Assembly: GCA_039798485.1 (NCBI GenBank) | Contig: JBDKGB010000027.1 | Location: 1,240 to 65,239 of the forward strand | Direction: 5' to 3' | Origin: Bacteroidota bacterium | GTDB lineage: Bacteria; Bacteroidota; Bacteroidia; Flavobacteriales_D; Crocinitomicaceae | Length of the DNA stretch: 64,000 nucleotides | Shown here: positions 59,731 through 64,000 of the stretch, one piece after another | How positions within the stretch are numbered: the stretch's first letter is position 1 | How the letters are laid out: each line of letters begins with the position of its first letter | Made by a program: the position numbers and the translations under genes | Notes under the pieces: model-generated | Told to the model about the DNA's origin: nothing | The model's database searches: none | What the model saw: only the letters and a program-made list of their open reading frames with translations

Positions 59731-61065
59731 TTATACCGATTTCCGACTTCGCCACCACCGCTTCAGTTTTTTTGATTTCTCCGGGAACAAATACATCAAT
59801 AGCGGAATGGCTATGGAAATGAGTAAAATCCCAACTAAACTGTAAAAAACCCATGCATTCATCCCCGTCCATCGTTGAACCTTTGGCGCTGCATTTACAA
59901 TGGGCAAAACACTCCCAATGGAGGTGAAAATCCCGACAAGTCCAAGTAAGGCATTCGCACGGGATTGTTGTTGTTCGCGAATGGATTCTGATATTCGGGT
60001 GATTCGGTCCTGAAACTGCTTTAATTCCCCATCAATATCCAAACTTGACCGGTGCTTTTGGTACATCAAGTTTGGTAAGAAATTGTAAGAAATATGGCTG
60101 ATGTTGTAGGTATTCAGAAATTCTTCAAACTGGTCCCTCACTTTCACAGAGTCATTGATCATTTCAGAATTGTACCGATATAGATTGAATTTGATTAACA
60201 AGTTGTGCAAGAAAACCCGAAAGTATGATTGCGACCAAGTACGCGTTTTAGCTGTCGTTTTATCCTCATCTAACATTGCGTTGCCAAGCACTGTGAAGGA
60301 ATCAAAAAGTGGAAGTATATCGTAGTTGTTGAAGATAGAGATTTTATTTTCCATCAGCTCCTCAAAATAGGTTTGGCTTGGAGAGAACAACTTTTGGCCA
60401 CCGGCAGAACCTATTTGTGCTCCACATCCAAGATCATACAAGAGTTCAGCGCGCGTATTTTGATCTACAATTTCTTCAAGGTCAATGATTGAAAAAACTT
60501 TAAACTTTGAACCCGAATAATCGTCCACCTTCGGTCCCTTCCTTCCTGTTTCCCCACTAATTGAAATGTCGCACAGCACTTCTTTTTCAATCCAATTCAC
60601 CCAATTGAGTTCTGCGTCAGAACTTAAGACCTTCGTATAGAAATTTCTCACGACAAACGTGAGGTCTGAATAACTGGCTAGCTCCTTCATTTCAATGGAC
60701 AAATCGATCGAGAAAAAATGAAGATTGTTCTTGAATAAAAACACTTCAGCTCCTTCAACACGAACAGAAATGCAGGTTTTTTCTTTCGTTGTCTCGTTTG
60801 TGCGCACAACCAAAACAATGTCATTTTCGAGGTTTTTTGTTAAAATCGTTGCACTGCTTTCTTCTTGGCGTAAGAAATACAAATCGCGAAATTCGGGGTA
60901 CCAGTAATTTTTGAAATAATCCAGTGTTTTTGGATCGTCGATAACTTCTTCCGTGTACTTTTCCTGTTTAAATTTCGAGGCCAGTGTGCGCACACTTCCT
61001 TTCGTTTCAAACACACCCACAATCCGAACAATGGCATTGCGAACTTTTAGAGATGACTTGTCCAT
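59731..61065 (-). CDS. CorA-like membrane protein (large soluble N-domain, coiled coil, TM1-GMN-TM2, basic tail)
   Basis: The C-terminus reads ...ALLGLVGIFTSIGSVLPIV-NAAPKVQRWT-GMN-AWVFYSLVGILLISIAIPLLMYLF-PEKSKKLKRWW. The GMN motif is at aa 401-403 (nt 59857..59865). The N-terminal 370 aa match nothing I recognise. Confidence 0.45.
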   Translation of the reverse strand: MDKSSLKVRNAIVRIVGVFETKGSVRTLASKFKQEKYTEEVIDDPKTLDYFKNYWYPEFRDLYFLRQEESSATILTKNLENDIVLVVRTNETTKEKTCISVRVEGAEVFLFKNNLHFFSIDLSIEMKELASYSDLTFVVRNFYTKVLSSDAELNWVNWIEKEVLCDISISGETGRKGPKVDDYSGSKFKVFSIIDLEEIVDQNTRAELLYDLGCGAQIGSAGGQKLFSPSQTYFEELMENKISIFNNYDILPLFDSFTVLGNAMLDEDKTTAKTRTWSQSYFRVFLHNLLIKFNLYRYNSEMINDSVKVRDQFEEFLNTYNISHISYNFLPNLMYQKHRSSLDIDGELKQFQDRITRISESIREQQQSRANALLGLVGIFTSIGSVLPIVNAAPKVQRWTGMNAWVFYSLVGILLISIAIPLLMYLFPEKSKKLKRWWRSRKSV

Positions 61066-61122
61066 TTAGCAGTTGAATAGGGTACGAAAGTAGGAAATAA
61101 AGTAACAGAAATCTTCATCGGT

Positions 61123-62619
61123 CTAAGCTTCATAAATGGTGGACTTTTCTATGACCACTTTTTTAAACTCCTCAGAAACATTGAATTGGTTGAAAGCTTC
61201 ATCAACAGCCTCGGGCATTAATCCTTTCATGGGGTGCAACAATTCAACTTGAGCCAATTCTTTCATTGACGGGTAGCGATAAAAGCTCTCAGTGCCATCA
61301 TCATCGCAGCGGTAGGTAAAGATCCAGCGAATGTTTTTGGGTGAACGCCAATCCTCTAAAGGCTCCTCGTTTTCATCGTAGGTATAAAACCAATCTGAAA
61401 TTTTCAATTGCGCATAAGCCACTTGCGCCTCATCAAGACCATCAATAATGATGACCAAATTACCCGAAGTATTGTTTTTTTGTAGGTTCAAATGCGATTC
61501 AAGCAGCGATTGAAACAACTGAATCACGTCAAAATACTTGCTTGGTAAACGGTTGAGCTTGCGTTGAATGTGCTCATCAGAACGATTCCAATATTGGCTT
61601 CGATAGCCCTGAAGGATCAGGTGGTACAATGTTGCATGGAGGCTGTTTTGAAGTCCTGCACCACAAAAATGATAGAGCACTTGAGCCTTTGAATCTTGTA
61701 GTGTTCCGATCACATCAGCGATGAGTGCCCCCTTCCCCATTCCGGCTGGAGACTTCACACAAAGCACATTTTTCTCATCCACATTCTGGCAGAATTCAAG
61801 AATGGCTTTCTTTTCTCGTTCACGACCAACAAAGCACGATTGATAATAGGCTATACGCTCGCTATGGTCGAAAACTTGTCCTGCTCCTCCTTGCAGCGAG
61901 GCACGCATAGGTTCAAAAATCGGCTCAAGGTGCGTGTCAGAACATTGAGCATCCTCGTCACCCAACATAAGGTTCAACATTGAAACCTCACCCTTCGACT
62001 TATGTAATCCTTGAAAAATGTATGGATGTTCCTTGTCCTCCCCTTGTTGTAAGAAGGGATGTAGGCACAGGGCGTGTTCATTTTCCTGCCAATAACATTT
62101 GCCATCAATCAATGCGATCTCCCCATTTGAAAACAGTCCCACGAGCTCTGCCATTTCTTCAAACATGAGAATACCATTTGAAAGCTGTTGAAGAAACTCC
62201 GACTTTAATTGAATCTGTTGATGCACGAATTTGTTTCGAAACGTGACAAATCTATCCAGAAGGGATTGCCCTCCTTTGGGTTGAACCATTGGATCTTTCC
62301 AAGCATCTTCTTCAGTACTGATCACCCACAGATTTTTCCAGCTTGTATCTGAAGGCAACGTTTCTCTGAGATTATCAAGTACCTGCTTGGTAAAAAGGGC
62401 GTCACCTTGTCCATCCAATTTTTCAAATTTTCTGCATAGTTGAATGACTGCACCCATCCGCAAAATCATGGTGCTCATTCCGAATGCAGCCATGAAGAAA
62501 TTGTTTAGTCCGGCGTTGTCGTTTTCTATGAGTTCAGACAATAGATCTTGCTCTGCACAAATGTGCTTTTCGTTTTTTAGCGCTATGTACCTTTGGTGGT
62601 ATGTTAGTATCGGCTTCAT
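61123..62619 (-). CDS. Fusion of an RNxxxH (HEPN-like) N-domain and a NACHT-like P-loop NTPase; no sensor repeats
   Basis: FRNKFVH at aa 127-133 (nt ~62221..62238), at the end of a ~130-aa helical region. Walker A is SPAGMGKGAL (aa 290-299), Walker B is LVIIIDGLDEA (aa 388-398), and there is a sensor-1-like IFTYR. The protein ends about 60 aa after that. Confidence 0.55.
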   Translation of the reverse strand: MKPILTYHQRYIALKNEKHICAEQDLLSELIENDNAGLNNFFMAAFGMSTMILRMGAVIQLCRKFEKLDGQGDALFTKQVLDNLRETLPSDTSWKNLWVISTEEDAWKDPMVQPKGGQSLLDRFVTFRNKFVHQQIQLKSEFLQQLSNGILMFEEMAELVGLFSNGEIALIDGKCYWQENEHALCLHPFLQQGEDKEHPYIFQGLHKSKGEVSMLNLMLGDEDAQCSDTHLEPIFEPMRASLQGGAGQVFDHSERIAYYQSCFVGREREKKAILEFCQNVDEKNVLCVKSPAGMGKGALIADVIGTLQDSKAQVLYHFCGAGLQNSLHATLYHLILQGYRSQYWNRSDEHIQRKLNRLPSKYFDVIQLFQSLLESHLNLQKNNTSGNLVIIIDGLDEAQVAYAQLKISDWFYTYDENEEPLEDWRSPKNIRWIFTYRCDDDGTESFYRYPSMKELAQVELLHPMKGLMPEAVDEAFNQFNVSEEFKKVVIEKSTIYEA

Positions 62620-62621
62620 GA

Positions 62622-62780
62622 TTACTTATCGTAATAGCATCTAGCGAGTTTTGCACACGTTGTCGGATGAGCACAACTAGGATTACCTGGTCTTTTACAT
62701 CTAACTCCAGGAGGTGGGCTTACCATTTTTACTGTCTTTGTAAACTTGATTTTCTTGACTGATTTTAACTTTGCTTCCAT
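62622..62780 (-). CDS. Unannotated 52-aa basic, Cys/Pro-rich micro-ORF
   Basis: My codon-by-codon translation is MEAKLKSVKKIKFTKTVKMVSPPPGVRCKRPGNPSCAHPTTCAKLARCYYDK. The ATG at 62780 is 8 nt after the upstream stop (62788), and the TAA at 62624..62622 is 2 nt before the downstream ATG (62619). It is below the ORF-track length cut-off. Confidence 0.45.
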   Translation of the reverse strand: MEAKLKSVKKIKFTKTVKMVSPPPGVRCKRPGNPSCAHPTTCAKLARCYYDK

Positions 62781-62787
62781 GGTTAAA

Positions 62788-64000
62788 CTATTTTATTAAT
62801 ACTTTATGCTGATATTCCAGTTTCACATCACGCCTTCCTAGTGTAAGAAAAATGCGAGAGCTTTCCTCGATTGTTTTTGGGAAGCCATAGAGTTCATCAA
62901 CTTCATCTTGTTTAAACGGTTCTTTACCCAAGGAATAAAATGGACTCAAGATCCCAAAAGCTTCATGCACAAATTCTATCGGGAACCCATGCATATCTGC
63001 GAAACGCCTAGCAACAATCACTTCTTTATTCTCTAACTTGGAATGAATGGCAAAAACAATTTCTTTCAATTTCTCATAATCAGCCACTTGGTCCTTTTGT
63101 TCTTTGCTAGGTCCTTTAAAACGAAGGTAATTCGTTAAAGAGTAATTCACTAGGTCAATCTCTACCTTTGCTTTAGACTTGCCTAATTCAACCTCAGCGT
63201 TGAAAAATCGCTTGAGATAAGGATAATTCCAAGACGTACCAAGCACTGCGACACCTGCCTCAAACAATTCATTGAAGAACAAAGTGAGGTGATTTTCATT
63301 GAACAAAGCTACATGCATGTTGTGGAGTATTACCACAGGCATTTTAGTCATTAGCTTCTGGTTGTCCTTGTTTTTTAGAAATTTAATGGGATCCTTGTGA
63401 GCGTTATCCTTATGAGTATGTTCGAACAACACTTTTCCCAATTCCCTTTCTAAAAAAGAACGTGTGTAGGTTGCACCTTGATCATTCAGCGCATAATGAA
63501 TGGGCAAATACGGACCTTGATCGGCCAATTTCAATAGGGTACGGTAGGCCTGAACACCCACTTCCGATCCAGGATTGTACCAACAGACCAAGGCACCTTT
63601 TCCCTTTTCCAATAGGGACAAAGCAGCTTGTTTCATTTCAGGGATATCTTTGGAGTTTTGACGCGCAAAAGCACCTTCCTCAATTCGGAAACTCTCAGAA
63701 TATTCATGAGAAACACGCTGTGCGAGTTGGCCGAATGATTCACAATTCCTGAGCAACTCCCAAGCACTGGGATCGGTAATGTTCCACTGACCATTGAAGC
63801 CCTGATGATCAATGAAATGGAATTCTCCGAAGGTTTGTTCAAACAATCCAGCTTGTTGGATTTTTTCGAGGATCGCTTCCATCTTGCTTAATTCTTCCCG
63901 ATTTCGTTCGGGCGGCAAGACAAAAAATCCGTGCATCACGGCATTCCGCAAACTGGCCAGGTGGTGTATTTCTTCGTTCAGAACCTCCTTTCCGTCGCAC
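62788..64000 (-). CDS. Paralog of 61123..62619 with an RNxxxH motif and a degenerate (probably inactive) P-loop; 5' end lies outside the window
   Basis: The reading frame stays open to nt 64000 (CDGKEVLNEEIHHLASLRNAVMHGFF...). LRNAVMHG is at nt ~63931..63948. The positions equivalent to Walker A, Walker B and sensor-1 read NPGSEVGVQA, VVILHNMHVA and LGTSW. Confidence 0.5.
   Translation of the reverse strand, partial: CDGKEVLNEEIHHLASLRNAVMHGFFVLPPERNREELSKMEAILEKIQQAGLFEQTFGEFHFIDHQGFNGQWNITDPSAWELLRNCESFGQLAQRVSHEYSESFRIEEGAFARQNSKDIPEMKQAALSLLEKGKGALVCWYNPGSEVGVQAYRTLLKLADQGPYLPIHYALNDQGATYTRSFLERELGKVLFEHTHKDNAHKDPIKFLKNKDNQKLMTKMPVVILHNMHVALFNENHLTLFFNELFEAGVAVLGTSWNYPYLKRFFNAEVELGKSKAKVEIDLVNYSLTNYLRFKGPSKEQKDQVADYEKLKEIVFAIHSKLENKEVIVARRFADMHGFPIEFVHEAFGILSPFYSLGKEPFKQDEVDELYGFPKTIEESSRIFLTLGRRDVKLEYQHKVLIK

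Overview
This 64 kb window looks like a chromosomal segment from a Bacteroidota (Flavobacteriia-like) genome. The evidence is T9SS type A and type B sorting domains, the DUF4290-murA pair, a PafA-type phosphatase, and many TPR-linked sensors. Most of it is ordinary housekeeping: ppx, an ABC exporter, dnaJ-grpE, murA, purL, tgt, rsmG, miaE, sppA, tig, ruvC, dusB, paaZ and tRNA-Leu(UAG).

Four pockets are not ordinary:
- **59731..64000, running off the window end.** A minus-strand operon with two paralogous proteins. Each combines an RNxxxH (HEPN-like) motif with a NACHT-like P-loop, intact in one and degenerate in the other. A 52-aa Lys/Cys/Pro-rich micro-ORF missing from the ORF track fills the gap between them exactly. 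A downstream protein has a CorA-like C-terminus (two TM helices plus a GMN motif). I consider this the best candidate for an undescribed conflict or defence system.
- **A ~200 bp structured repeat family, three same-orientation copies** (20836..21045, 23822..24022, 24136..24340). They bracket a GNAT plus two-desaturase operon. Each copy ends, in the minus sense, in an intrinsic terminator, so they may be sRNA or leader elements.
- **A 104-bp tandem array of about 7.4 units at 34147..34915.** It is not a CRISPR array.
- **A 923-aa secreted protein with about 72 uninterrupted Gly-X-Y collagen-like triplets,** next to a T9SS type B cargo gene.

All calls come from reading the sequence and ORF translations by eye; no database search was run. 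Coordinates I derived by hand (trimmed starts, hairpins, repeats) may be off by 1-2 nt.
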